From the IMG/VR virus record IMGVR_UViG_3300042691_055965, positions 124,001-188,000 of that record: 64,000 nucleotides of DNA; one strand, 5' to 3'. Below are positions 19,901-29,268 of the stretch, piece after piece. The notes beneath the pieces are model-generated. The model worked only from the letters and a program-made list of their open reading frames with translations. It was not told the DNA's origin and ran no database searches. The position numbers were made by a program, and so were the translations under genes. Within the stretch, counting starts at the first letter, position 1. Each line of letters begins with the position of its first letter.

Positions 19901-22900
19901 TAAAGGTATAGAAAAAGAAAAAAATGGTGATACTAATCCATACATTGCTTTAGGGTATATATATTTATCTTCATTTTCGCAAAAAAGTTTGAGCAGCTCA
20001 TTAGTAAATGTTACAAAGTTAAATTATCTTGATAGTGATATAGGATGGATCTTAAGTAAATACTCAGCAATAAATCAAGTACCTTACAATTATTTATTAT
20101 ACATTGGTGCTGTTTGGCATAGATATAAAACATGGATTGAATCAAACAAAACATTTGATATTCTTGATGACGTTTGGCAAGATTTTGATTACACAAATTA
20201 TTATGATCCTATAAGTAACAATTTGTCAAAAGAATATATTATCAAAAACTACACAGGAGGTACTACACAATTTAGAGCATTTGAAACAATTTTTAATCCA
20301 TCAGGTACTGAATTTACCGATAAATATAATCTAGGATTCTATCCAAAATTGATTAATGATTTACATTGGTATTTTACAAAACAAGACATTTTTACAAATT
20401 ATACCGAAGAAGAATTTACAAGGGCATATGATTCTGGTAAACTTAAAATTGGAAATAATACGTCTGCAACATTTGTTAATTTACCGGGTTCCGACAGTAC
20501 TAATCCAAGTAAAGGAACTATTATTAATTCGACATTTCAATATTTTGTTTTTGATAAAAATCCACTTGTTGATAAAAATAATAAAATTTATGTACCTATA
20601 CCATCATTAGGTAGTGTTCCTGTAAACCAATCGGCTTATGAATGTTTTAATGATATAAAACAAGAAACCATACCGGTTTCTAATAACCCATCAGTTTACA
20701 ATGGATCCGTAAGAACAATGTGGGGGTTACCAAATTTTGGATATTTTGATTTAAATAATATAGATAAAACAAAACCAACAAGATATAAAATTGGTCCAAG
20801 CAATAATTCAAATAGCTCTATTCAATACTTTTTTTCGACTTTCAAAAAAGATATATTAGATGATTTTGAAAAAGCATTTTTAGGATTTTGTAATCCAAAT
20901 GCATCCGCATCTGAACTACTAATTTTACAAGGTGAAAAGTTAAATCCAACATCAACGGATACTAACAAAATACAAAATATTGAACAGAGAAGATTAAGAG
21001 ATCAAATTTTAAATATTTTTAAAGTCAAAGAAGATAGTGTAACTATTACGGGTTCGGAAGATCAAGATTCAAGAAGTATAGCACAATCACAAATTACAAA
21101 TTTTAGTCTTAAAGCTGAAAAGTTTCTAAAATATGATTGTATATTAAAAATTGGAAATCCAGGAAACTTCAACAGGAAAGTATTTTATAATTTTTCGAAC
21201 GATTCCAATTTACAACCAGCAATTGTTACACCATATGAACCATACGTTTATAATTCATTACCGGGATCAGGGCAAACTACCACATTATTATTAAGTCAAG
21301 CAAATAACATATTGGCATGGAGGGCATTAGAATTGTACGTTGGTTTTGTGAATTTAGACGGTTTTACATATACTGATACTGGTTCTACAATTACTGACTT
21401 TTTTATTGATTTAAATATTAAATTTACAAAAGAAAATGTTGAATCACTTTATCAAATCATAAAGATATACGCAAAAGAAAAATACTTAACAACACAATCA
21501 GGGGGTACTTGGAGTAGTAACCTATTTTATCAAGGATATAATTCGTTTTTAAGTTCACAAAACCAATTGATGTCAGAAATGGTTTTAGAAGTTTCATCTT
21601 ATTTGAATACAAATCTACCTACCGTTATAAATAAATTGGATGCAACTAGAAGTAAGGTTGAAGGTGTTGTTACAAAATTAAGTACTTATAATACTTTTCA
21701 AGCATTTAATGATAAATGGATTTCTGGTAGTGATTTAACCACAAGAACAATATTTGAAGACTTTTTATTTCAAGACACATCTAATACTGATGTTGGTAAT
21801 AGTTTACAAATTGATGTAATGGCGGTTTCTGATATTTTAAAAGGTGATAATAATATTTCTATTTTAGATGTGATTGGTTTTATACAATCAATAGACAAAA
21901 ATTCGTTATTTTTTGCACTACCATCATTTACTAATTTTTATGGTAACAATACTCCACTTAAAAGTTCTGAGCCTAAAAACATCGATGTACCAAATTCTCT
22001 TTTTGGTACATATGAAGAAGTAAACTTTTTAGATTCGAGACCTAAGTTTTTGATAGTATATGTTGGTAAACCATCTGATAAACCAGCACAAGAAGATAAT
22101 GCCTTTGTTTTTTATGGGGATGATAGTTACGATTTCAGAAACCCATCAACTAACCCAATTAGGGTGTCAACGGCAGGACAATATAATTTTTCTTTGTCAA
22201 ACAAAGTTGTTGGATTTAATGTTGATTTTGGTATTAGAAATCAAAATATGTTTAAGTCTATACAAGTTAGTATGGATGATAAGAAAAAAACTGCGGCGAC
22301 ATTTTTGGTAAACGATCAGTTGGCTAATGGTGTTAACGGTGACAAAATTGCACAACAAACAACATCACTTTATTCTTTTTATCAAACACAATCTTATAGT
22401 TGTACCATTAGATCGTTAGGTAATGCAATGATACAACCTATGATGTATTTCAATTTAAAACACGTTCCATTATTTTACGGACCTTATTTAATTACCAAAG
22501 TTTCACATTCGATTAGTCCCGATGGTTTTGATACATCATTTGAAGGTACAAGAATGCCAAAGTATGCTTTACCGCAACCTGACGTAATCGCAACATATGT
22601 TAAAACAAATTATTTAGAAAAATATAAAGCTGATATATTAAATACTAAAAACCCGAACACTATTGTTACCGATGTAACAACAGGTTTAGATGATACAACA
22701 AGTGTTGGTATAACGACAAGTCCTGAATCAGAATGTAGTGCATTAATAACTGATCCTGTTTATCAAACACTCCCTTTTGTTAGTATTAGTAGAACACCAA
22801 TAACATTCAGTGATTTTGCCTTTGAAGTCTTGGCGTTACCAAATTATGATAGATATATTGCGACAACAATTTTTGCAATAGCTGCGACAAGAGTATCTAA

Positions 22901-23363
22901 TGGGTTTGAAAACAATATATTACAACCACCAAATTACAACCTATTTGAATTTTCACCAATAAATTTATATCCCGACGATCCTATTTTCAGTGGAAGTGTT
23001 ATTTGTACACAAATCAGAGATTCCAATATTCCTTTGTTTGCCTTTAGTGATTTTAAAGGTCCAATCACTTTTATTTATAATCAATATGTTATTATGTCAC
23101 CTTATTTGACACAATTAAAAGATTTAAATGTTGGAAATACAGAACAAGAAAAGTACGAAAAGGCAATTGCCCAACTAATTATTTCAAGTATAGATACACC
23201 TTACATATATGGTGATCCTGCGGCATCGCCTCCAATACCACCTAGAACACCACAAGAAGTTAAAGATTTTGTTGAATTCAACATTAACAACGACACCATT
23301 TTGAATGCGAGTTACCAAGGTTATATTGGTTCATGTAAAATTGGTTTTAGTTTGTTTGCGTAA
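16926..23363 (+). CDS. very large baseplate hub protein (gp27/gpD-like halves around a large insertion)
   Basis: 2145 aa; YSCTIRSLGNAMIQPMMYFNL..VPLFYGPYLITKVSHSISPDGFDTSFEG resembles the hub C-terminal barrel; follows the LysM wedge gene. Confidence 0.6.
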   Translation: MADRLTKNPIYVETDYDNIVLIDPNKIVVNNEVKDRLVDHQELVFYANLETRVIPRTKLAIGESFDSPVVNTTVASMKGTVSDPSTVINFLQPLDKTRFDTTWTDQITGKGSRQGLGLNQTSETVTNNNGTTRFSRSVNNYSDTQMLGITSIEVTNQGFGVTSVSVNLVDVQGRTLFEQGEKSIYSVFFNLPYPMFYLTIKGYYGKSIRYALNLTKFNASFDQSSGNYDISLTFLGRYSGLLSDVLLDYAKTAPKMFPTTIQTSNSNPGASNTSIQTTTSSVGKQKLDEVYKIYKSKGLIPQTFPHLTIEEFVMRCDNFNSNMKDAIAKGDFAVLNDIQSYRDVLDSLKQTVYTNVLNKYLDTSNFIVYDTEIYYAFKNNIDFAVREKVFDDVKIEITGAIDNLKKNASFGENGSYFVGSQEFTDQKINVILKPDDVFVEFDYTQLTEADYKKTLEVRLGRSATDDEIALFKAQLTKDFELYTKRLDKGTGTFVNSIPTLFKYGEKEVGTTNYKTDSFLDKINNLLSTLKTKQEEIEQNFSTLLAQELIANDAGLGFVPTIRNVYAILLAGVDTFFRLMERTHLDSWSKRTDPKRLTSIIPPDKNFSTEAKNVVNYSGELNERNIVYPWPTYFTLEKLADGRQQYTVQYLADPKFASATNAFNYSIWPEVFFTEEYLDASIRKIPLTLLSSYVNPKLNTNYASCNAMEFPFETQPYEDTSEVSFFYEFFERLFLTSHYTNIFRGDYKTEQVDKFISDMEAQNIVQVCTDNPTLLETLKNIKLNYTTLIDYIKSISNSGTTDNWALFDNDYYTKDYIKSLVEKDYGLYSLDTIAGNSIKIETAIPLVENFQRYLESTQTTPYNYLDVFPKIQFEAEYFNDTTNITIFLDEKKTLANLKENSKGEKLSYYDYDINDTYKNYNNLIFVTPITITPIINRQTLIDYFRESYVNYGEDISKNFLTNDEFYYSSYSGNVIETQFTTILNSPIFTNALFKGIEKEKNGDTNPYIALGYIYLSSFSQKSLSSSLVNVTKLNYLDSDIGWILSKYSAINQVPYNYLLYIGAVWHRYKTWIESNKTFDILDDVWQDFDYTNYYDPISNNLSKEYIIKNYTGGTTQFRAFETIFNPSGTEFTDKYNLGFYPKLINDLHWYFTKQDIFTNYTEEEFTRAYDSGKLKIGNNTSATFVNLPGSDSTNPSKGTIINSTFQYFVFDKNPLVDKNNKIYVPIPSLGSVPVNQSAYECFNDIKQETIPVSNNPSVYNGSVRTMWGLPNFGYFDLNNIDKTKPTRYKIGPSNNSNSSIQYFFSTFKKDILDDFEKAFLGFCNPNASASELLILQGEKLNPTSTDTNKIQNIEQRRLRDQILNIFKVKEDSVTITGSEDQDSRSIAQSQITNFSLKAEKFLKYDCILKIGNPGNFNRKVFYNFSNDSNLQPAIVTPYEPYVYNSLPGSGQTTTLLLSQANNILAWRALELYVGFVNLDGFTYTDTGSTITDFFIDLNIKFTKENVESLYQIIKIYAKEKYLTTQSGGTWSSNLFYQGYNSFLSSQNQLMSEMVLEVSSYLNTNLPTVINKLDATRSKVEGVVTKLSTYNTFQAFNDKWISGSDLTTRTIFEDFLFQDTSNTDVGNSLQIDVMAVSDILKGDNNISILDVIGFIQSIDKNSLFFALPSFTNFYGNNTPLKSSEPKNIDVPNSLFGTYEEVNFLDSRPKFLIVYVGKPSDKPAQEDNAFVFYGDDSYDFRNPSTNPIRVSTAGQYNFSLSNKVVGFNVDFGIRNQNMFKSIQVSMDDKKKTAATFLVNDQLANGVNGDKIAQQTTSLYSFYQTQSYSCTIRSLGNAMIQPMMYFNLKHVPLFYGPYLITKVSHSISPDGFDTSFEGTRMPKYALPQPDVIATYVKTNYLEKYKADILNTKNPNTIVTDVTTGLDDTTSVGITTSPESECSALITDPVYQTLPFVSISRTPITFSDFAFEVLALPNYDRYIATTIFAIAATRVSNGFENNILQPPNYNLFEFSPINLYPDDPIFSGSVICTQIRDSNIPLFAFSDFKGPITFIYNQYVIMSPYLTQLKDLNVGNTEQEKYEKAIAQLIISSIDTPYIYGDPAASPPIPPRTPQEVKDFVEFNINNDTILNASYQGYIGSCKIGFSLFA

Positions 23364-23380
23364 TTTTTGATTGAATCGTA

Positions 23381-23388
23381 TATTTATA
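23381..23388 (+). promoter_or_regulatory. TATTTATA element
   Basis: Exact motif 12 nt before ATG 23401. Confidence 0.6.
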
Positions 23389-23400
23389 TAAAAAAAAGTT

Positions 23401-23625
23401 ATGAACGTAAAATTATTATTAGACGATTATTTAAAAAAAGACACAAGAATCACTGAAAAAGAAATGGACAATGGTTACAAACAAGTGTGTGACTTAGATA
23501 CGGGTGATTGTTATACTGTAAGAATGAAAGACGGATTGATTGAAAGATTTGATAATACCGTTAAAACAAATAGAACCCTAAGAGTTGAAACACCTACTGG
23601 GATAAAAACTTTATTAAACGGTTAA
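23401..23625 (+). CDS. hypothetical protein (74 aa)
   Basis: ORF with a CDLDTGDC motif, preceded by the TATTTATA element. Confidence 0.75.
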   Translation: MNVKLLLDDYLKKDTRITEKEMDNGYKQVCDLDTGDCYTVRMKDGLIERFDNTVKTNRTLRVETPTGIKTLLNG

Positions 23626-23629
23626 AAAA

Positions 23630-24301
23630 ATGAAAATTGACATCAAAATATTGGAAGAATTAAAAAGATTTAATGAAATTAATCGTTACGTTTTGAGTGA
23701 ACAAGAACCACCCGCAGATGCTCCACCCGCAGACGCAGGTGCACCACCTATGGACGCAGGAGCACCACCGGCAGATGCAGGAGCACCGCCAGCAGATGCA
23801 GGAGCACCACCAGCAGATGCAGGAGCGGCAGAAGAAGTTCCTGAACCAATCGACATTGAAAATGATCCTGACGTAGAAGAAGTAGATAAAGAAGGTGGTG
23901 AAGGTGAGGAAGAAACCGAAGAAATCGATATTACTGATCTTGTTACATCACAAAAAGAAATCAAAGACAAACAAGATGAATTTATGGATAATATTTTTGC
24001 TAAACTTGATGACTTGGAGCAAAAATTACAACATATGGATCAGATTATGAACAAGATTAATTCTTTGGAAACTAAGTTTGATAAGTACCGTCAAAAAACA
24101 CCTGAAGAAAAACTTATGTTACGTTCACTTGATTCCTACCCATACAATCAAAAATTAACAGATTTCTTTGATGATAAGAAAGAAGATTTAGAAGCAACAG
24201 GAAAAAATGAATATATTTTAACTTCAGATGAAATAGAAAATTTTTCACCTAATGAAGTTAAAAAAACATTTAATTCTTACGATACTGAAGAAGGAATGTA
24301 A
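23630..24301 (+). CDS. acidic, Pro/Ala-repeat, coiled-coil protein (possible head scaffold/internal protein)
   Basis: 223 aa; PPADAGA repeats, Glu-rich linker, heptad coiled coil (KLDDLEQKLQHMDQIMNKINSLETKF). Confidence 0.6.
   Translation: MKIDIKILEELKRFNEINRYVLSEQEPPADAPPADAGAPPMDAGAPPADAGAPPADAGAPPADAGAAEEVPEPIDIENDPDVEEVDKEGGEGEEETEEIDITDLVTSQKEIKDKQDEFMDNIFAKLDDLEQKLQHMDQIMNKINSLETKFDKYRQKTPEEKLMLRSLDSYPYNQKLTDFFDDKKEDLEATGKNEYILTSDEIENFSPNEVKKTFNSYDTEEGM
23708..23830 (+). repeat. 21-bp coding tandem repeat (PPADAGA) x~5
   Basis: Variants of ccaccggcagatgcaggagca in tandem. Confidence 0.9.
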
Positions 24302-24329
24302 AAATTTAATATTAATAAATGATACAAAT

Positions 24330-24356
24330 GGGGGTGTTTATGACACCCCTTTTTTA
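24330..24356 (+). terminator. intrinsic terminator
   Basis: GGGGTGTT-TAT-GACACCCC followed by TTTTTT. Confidence 0.8.
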
Positions 24357-24387
24357 TTTGACATTTTACAAAAATTACTTATAATTG
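24357..24387 (+). promoter_or_regulatory. host-sigma (early/middle) promoter of the replication operon
   Basis: TTGACA(24358)-N16-TATAAT(24380). Also reads as Bacteroidota-type TTTG-N19-TAnnTTTG with one mismatch (TATAATTG). Confidence 0.65.
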
Positions 24388-24424
24388 TTATAGATAAAAG
24401 AGTATAAATTAAAAACAAAAATCT

Positions 24425-25273
24425 ATGGCAAATTCAATCGATGCAGTACTTGCGCAGTACGAAAAAAACTCAACACCGAGTACACAAAGACAAAACATTT
24501 CACAAGAAGACAGAATGAAAAGATATTTTTCGGCAGTACTTCAAAAAAATGAAAAATCAGCACAAAGAAGAATTCGTATCCTACCTACAAAAGATGGTTC
24601 TTCACCATTTGTAGAAGTTTGGTATCACGAAATCCAAGTTAACGGACAATGGGTAAAACTTTATGATCCTGAAAAAAATGACAATGAACGTTCACCACTT
24701 ACGGAAGTATACAACGAACTTATTTCAACAGGTAAAAAAGAAGACAAAGAACTTGCTTCACAATATCGTTCACGATTGTTTTACATTGTTAAGGTAATTG
24801 ATAGAGATAACGAACAAGATGGTGTAAAGTTTTGGAGATTCAAACACAATTATAAACAAGAAGGTGTACTTGATAAAATACTTCCTATTTGGAAAGCAAA
24901 GGGAAATGTCACAGATCCTGAAAACGGACGTGATCTCATCATCGAATTAACAAAAGCAAAAACACCACAGGGTAAAGAATACACTGTAGTTCAAACTATT
25001 ATGTATGATGATCCTGCACCAATTCACACTGACAAGGACATCATGGATGGATGGGTAAATGATGAGCTTTCTTGGTCTGATGTATATTCAAAAAAACCTG
25101 TAGAATATTTGGAAGCAGTTGCAATCGGAGAAACACCAATTTGGAATTCAGATTTGAAAAAGTATGTTTACGGTGAAGAAGCAGAAATTTCACTAGGTGG
25201 AAACAAAAAAGAAGAAGTGTCTGTTGTTGATCCACAAGCAAATGACGAACCTTCAGAAGAACTACCATTCTAA
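24425..25273 (+). CDS. single-stranded DNA-binding protein (T4 gp32-like)
   Basis: RIRILP, PF.EVWYH, VIDRD.E.DGVKFWRF, DPENGRDL; acidic tail ending EELPF. Confidence 0.85.
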   Translation: MANSIDAVLAQYEKNSTPSTQRQNISQEDRMKRYFSAVLQKNEKSAQRRIRILPTKDGSSPFVEVWYHEIQVNGQWVKLYDPEKNDNERSPLTEVYNELISTGKKEDKELASQYRSRLFYIVKVIDRDNEQDGVKFWRFKHNYKQEGVLDKILPIWKAKGNVTDPENGRDLIIELTKAKTPQGKEYTVVQTIMYDDPAPIHTDKDIMDGWVNDELSWSDVYSKKPVEYLEAVAIGETPIWNSDLKKYVYGEEAEISLGGNKKEEVSVVDPQANDEPSEELPF

Positions 25274-25332
25274 ATTAATTTTAAAACTTGGGTGTAAAAG
25301 CCCAAGTTTGTTTTACATTCAAATAAAAAAAT

Positions 25333-26340
25333 ATGGCAATAAAGAAAAATGATTTTAGTTCATTAAAAAAGAAATTTTCCACATCTGCAAAATACAAACC
25401 ACAAAGATTTTTTGACTTGGGTGAACCATTTTTAGATGCTGTTGGATTACCAGGGCCTGCGATGGGACACATCAATATGTTTTTGGGACATTCTGATACA
25501 GGAAAAACTACTGCACTTGTTAAAACCGCTGTTGACGCACAGAAGAAAGGAATACTTCCTGTATTTATCATCACTGAACAAAAATGGAGTTTTGAACACG
25601 CAAAACTTATGGGATTTGAATGTGAAGAAGTTGTCGATACTGAAACAGGAGAATTAGAATGGGATGGTTTTTACATCTTTAATAATAACTTTGATTATAT
25701 TGAACAAATTACAGATTACATTAATAGTTTGTTAGATGCACAAGAAAAAGGTGATTTAGATTATTCACTTTGTATTATGTGGGATTCTGTTGGCTCTGTT
25801 CCTTGTAAAATGACTTATGAAGGAAAAGGTGGTAAACAACACAATGCAAGTGTTTTGGCTGACAAAATTGGAATGGGTATAAACCAAAGAATTTCGGGTT
25901 CACGTAAGGCTGATTCCAAATACGAAAACACATTAATAATTGTTAACCAACCATGGGTTGAATTACCTGATAATCCTTTCGGACAACCGAAAATCAAAGC
26001 AAAAGGTGGTGAAGCGATTTGGTTGAATTCATCTTTAGTTTTCTTGTTTGGCAATCAAAAAGGTGCAGGGACAACAAAGATTACAGCAACAAAAGACAAA
26101 AGAACGGTTAAGTTTGCATCAAGGACTAAAGTATCTGTAATGAAAAACCACATTAACGGACTTGGTTTCGAAGATGGTAAAATTATTGTTACACCACATG
26201 GATTTTTACCGGGTAAAGAAGCATCCGAAGAAAAGGCATCAATCGAACAATACAAAAAAGATTATGCTGAATATTGGAAAGAAATCATTGGAGTTGACGG
26301 TGATTTTGATTTGAAAACAGAAAAAGAAGAAGTAGAGTAA
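25333..26340 (+). CDS. recA: RecA/UvsX recombinase
   Basis: Walker A GHSDTGKTT, Walker B WDSVGS, IIVNQ, KGGEA, KNHI. Confidence 0.9.
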   Translation: MAIKKNDFSSLKKKFSTSAKYKPQRFFDLGEPFLDAVGLPGPAMGHINMFLGHSDTGKTTALVKTAVDAQKKGILPVFIITEQKWSFEHAKLMGFECEEVVDTETGELEWDGFYIFNNNFDYIEQITDYINSLLDAQEKGDLDYSLCIMWDSVGSVPCKMTYEGKGGKQHNASVLADKIGMGINQRISGSRKADSKYENTLIIVNQPWVELPDNPFGQPKIKAKGGEAIWLNSSLVFLFGNQKGAGTTKITATKDKRTVKFASRTKVSVMKNHINGLGFEDGKIIVTPHGFLPGKEASEEKASIEQYKKDYAEYWKEIIGVDGDFDLKTEKEEVE

Positions 26341-26360
26341 GAACAATTTAAAATAGTCAA

Positions 26361-27368
26361 ATGACAAAAACGTTATTAGTTGACGGTAACAACTTACTTA
26401 AAATAGGTTTTCACGGAGTAAAAGATTATTTTCATAATGGTGAACACGTAGGTGCTATTTGGCATTTTTTGAACACACTTAGAAGATTTTTAGAAGAATC
26501 AAATTTTGATAAGATAATTGTATTTTGGGATGGTGAAGAAAGCACAACTTTAAGAAGAAAGATATATCCAAAATATAAACTGAATAGGAAACCGTTAGAC
26601 AACCAAATTAAAGAAGAGTCTTTTGACAAACAAAGACAACGTGTAAAACAATATTTAGAAGAAATGTTTGTTAGGCAAGTTGAGTTTCAAACTTCAGAAG
26701 CCGATGATTTAATCGCTTATTATTGTAAAATATCGGAAAAAGAACACAAAACAATTTTTAGTTCTGATAGGGATTTAACACAACTTATTTCAGAAAAGGT
26801 TACATTATATTCGCCAAACACTAAAAAGTACTATAAGAACGGTGATACTGTAAAATTACACAATATTGAAATCCCACATTACAATATCAAAACATTCAAA
26901 ATATTATCAGGTGATAAATCAGATAATATTGATGGAATATATTATCTTGGTGAAAAAACTTTTTTGAAATTATTTCCTGAGATCCTTGAAAAAGAAGTTT
27001 CTTTTACCGAAATTTTACAAAAGGGTGAAGAAATCCTAAAAGAACAAAAAGATAATACAGTATTAAAAAATTTATTAACAGGTAAAACAAAAGAAGGTAT
27101 TTTTGGAAATGAATTTTTTGAAATAAATGAAAAGATAGTCGATTTGTCTAACCCATTAATTAATGATGAAGGAAAAGAACTCGTTGAGTTGTATTATACT
27201 GAATCGTTAGATCCAGACGGAAGAGGATATAAAAATCTGATTCGAATGATGATGGAAGATGGATTATTCAAATTTTTACCAAAGGTAGACGAACAATGGG
27301 TTTATTTCTTAAAACCATTTTTAAAACTAACAAGAAAAGAAAAATCAAAATTCAAAACAAACAATTAA
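26361..27368 (+). CDS. 5'-3' exonuclease/flap endonuclease (PolI N-terminal / T4 RNase H-like)
   Basis: LLVDGNN, FWDG, EADDLIA, SSDRDLTQL, GDKSDNIDGI..LGEKT. Confidence 0.92.
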   Translation: MTKTLLVDGNNLLKIGFHGVKDYFHNGEHVGAIWHFLNTLRRFLEESNFDKIIVFWDGEESTTLRRKIYPKYKLNRKPLDNQIKEESFDKQRQRVKQYLEEMFVRQVEFQTSEADDLIAYYCKISEKEHKTIFSSDRDLTQLISEKVTLYSPNTKKYYKNGDTVKLHNIEIPHYNIKTFKILSGDKSDNIDGIYYLGEKTFLKLFPEILEKEVSFTEILQKGEEILKEQKDNTVLKNLLTGKTKEGIFGNEFFEINEKIVDLSNPLINDEGKELVELYYTESLDPDGRGYKNLIRMMMEDGLFKFLPKVDEQWVYFLKPFLKLTRKEKSKFKTNN

Positions 27369-27372
27369 AATT

Positions 27373-27825
27373 ATGAAAGAGCAAAATGATGTAACAAAAG
27401 TAGAATTTTTAATTACGCTCAATGACAATTTCGTCGTTCAAAGATTCTTCAATGTTAAAGGGTACAACCCAAAAGCAAAAAACAGTGTGGACTTGTATGA
27501 GTACATCAAGAATCTGTCTAACGAACTTAAAACAAAACTTAGAAACAAGTGTGTGTTTTATATGTTGGAAAATCGTTTTCAAATTGAAGAAGATGCAACT
27601 GTATTGGAAACATCAAACACTGAAGGTCCTGAAGTGTTTAACATTATTTTAAAAGTTGGAAATGAGACAATTTGTCATAGAATTTTAGACGCTAAAATAT
27701 ACCCACCAAAGGTAAGATATACGCTGGATATACGCCCATCCATAAAAACCATTTTGAGGAACATTACTGACATTTTATCAGACAAAAATTTAACTCATGA
27801 TTATTTAAATTATTCACTTGCTTAA
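27373..27825 (+). CDS. hypothetical protein
   Basis: 150-aa ORF tightly packed in the replication operon. Confidence 0.8.
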   Translation: MKEQNDVTKVEFLITLNDNFVVQRFFNVKGYNPKAKNSVDLYEYIKNLSNELKTKLRNKCVFYMLENRFQIEEDATVLETSNTEGPEVFNIILKVGNETICHRILDAKIYPPKVRYTLDIRPSIKTILRNITDILSDKNLTHDYLNYSLA

Positions 27826-27862
27826 TGGTATTTATTATTGAATCATACTTAAAACAATCAAT

Positions 27863-29242
27863 ATGTCAGACAAAAAAAACTTCGGATATTTAGGAAATAC
27901 TTTTCAAATTCAATTATTAAACAACATTATTTTATACAAAGATTTTTCTAATTCCATCATTGAAGTTATTGACTCCCATTACTTTGATAACCAGTATTTC
28001 AAAATCATTTGTCAAATGATTAAAGAATACTATTCAAAGTATGAACACACACCGACATTTGATACTCTTGAACAATTAACTAAGTCTGAAATCAGTTCAC
28101 CTATGGCTCAAAAGAGCATTTTAGATATGTTGGAACAGGTTAAGAACGTTTCAGACGAAGGTTCAATTTTTGTTCAAGAAAAAGCCTTAAAATTCTGTAA
28201 ACAACAAGAGCTTCAAAAAGTAATGACAAAAGCCCAATCGATCATCGACAAAGGTGATTTCGAAAGTTATGATAAGTTAGAAGAAATGGTAAGAGGGGCT
28301 CTACAAGTTGGTGAAACAGATAAAGGTACAAGTGATGTATTCTTTAACCTTGATGAGGTATTAAATGATGATTTCAGACATCCAATTCCAATCGGAGTTG
28401 CTGGTATAGATAACCTATTAAAAGGTGGGTTGGCTAAAGGTGAAATTGGTGTTATATTAGCACCAACAGGTGTAGGAAAATCAACATTTACAACCAAAAT
28501 TGCAAATCACGCTTTTAACTTAGGGTATAATGTACTTCAAATATTTTTCGAAGACAACCCAAAAATTATCCAAAGAAAACACTTTACCCTTTGGACAGGA
28601 GTTCATCCTGACGACTTATCTGAAAACAGAGAAGAAGTGATGAATAAAGTAAAACAAATTCAGTCGTCAAGAAAAAACAAATTGATTTTGAAAAAATTAC
28701 CATCAGACACTGTAACTATGAATCAAATTAAAAATCAAGTTAGGAAAATGATGGCAGAAGGAAACAGGGTTGATATGATTATTCTTGATTACATTGATTG
28801 TGTTGTTCCTGACAAGGTTTTAGGTGACGAATGGAAAAGTGAAGGTTCGGTTATGCGTGGATTCGAAGCAATGTGTCATGAATTAGACATCGCTGGTTGG
28901 ACTGCAACACAAGGGAACAGAAACTCAATATCATCAGATGTTGTTACAACCGATCAAATGGGGGGTTCAATTAAAAAAGCACAAGTAGGACACGTAATTA
29001 TTACAGTGGCAAAATCGTTACAACAAAAAGAAATGAATTTGGCAACAATAGCAATTACAAAATCCCGAATAGGTAAAGATGGAATTATATTTGAAAACTG
29101 TAAGTTTGACAATGGTATGTTGGAAATTGACACTGAACAAAGTGTAACGTTCTTGGGTCTTGAAGAACAAAAAGAAGAAAGAAATCGTAACAGAGTTAAA
29201 GAACTGTTAGAGAAAAAAAGACAAAAACAGCAAGAAATTTAA
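27863..29242 (+). CDS. dnaB: replicative DNA helicase (DnaB/T4 gp41-like)
   Basis: Walker A APTGVGKST, IILDYID, TATQGNR, KSRIG. Confidence 0.92.
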   Translation: MSDKKNFGYLGNTFQIQLLNNIILYKDFSNSIIEVIDSHYFDNQYFKIICQMIKEYYSKYEHTPTFDTLEQLTKSEISSPMAQKSILDMLEQVKNVSDEGSIFVQEKALKFCKQQELQKVMTKAQSIIDKGDFESYDKLEEMVRGALQVGETDKGTSDVFFNLDEVLNDDFRHPIPIGVAGIDNLLKGGLAKGEIGVILAPTGVGKSTFTTKIANHAFNLGYNVLQIFFEDNPKIIQRKHFTLWTGVHPDDLSENREEVMNKVKQIQSSRKNKLILKKLPSDTVTMNQIKNQVRKMMAEGNRVDMIILDYIDCVVPDKVLGDEWKSEGSVMRGFEAMCHELDIAGWTATQGNRNSISSDVVTTDQMGGSIKKAQVGHVIITVAKSLQQKEMNLATIAITKSRIGKDGIIFENCKFDNGMLEIDTEQSVTFLGLEEQKEERNRNRVKELLEKKRQKQQEI

Positions 29243-29268
29243 AATAAAATTAATTAAATTAGTATAAA

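Noticed and set aside
23708-23830. Tandem repeats as a CRISPR array
   Set aside because: No unique spacers; in-frame coding repeats with wobble variation; no cas genes
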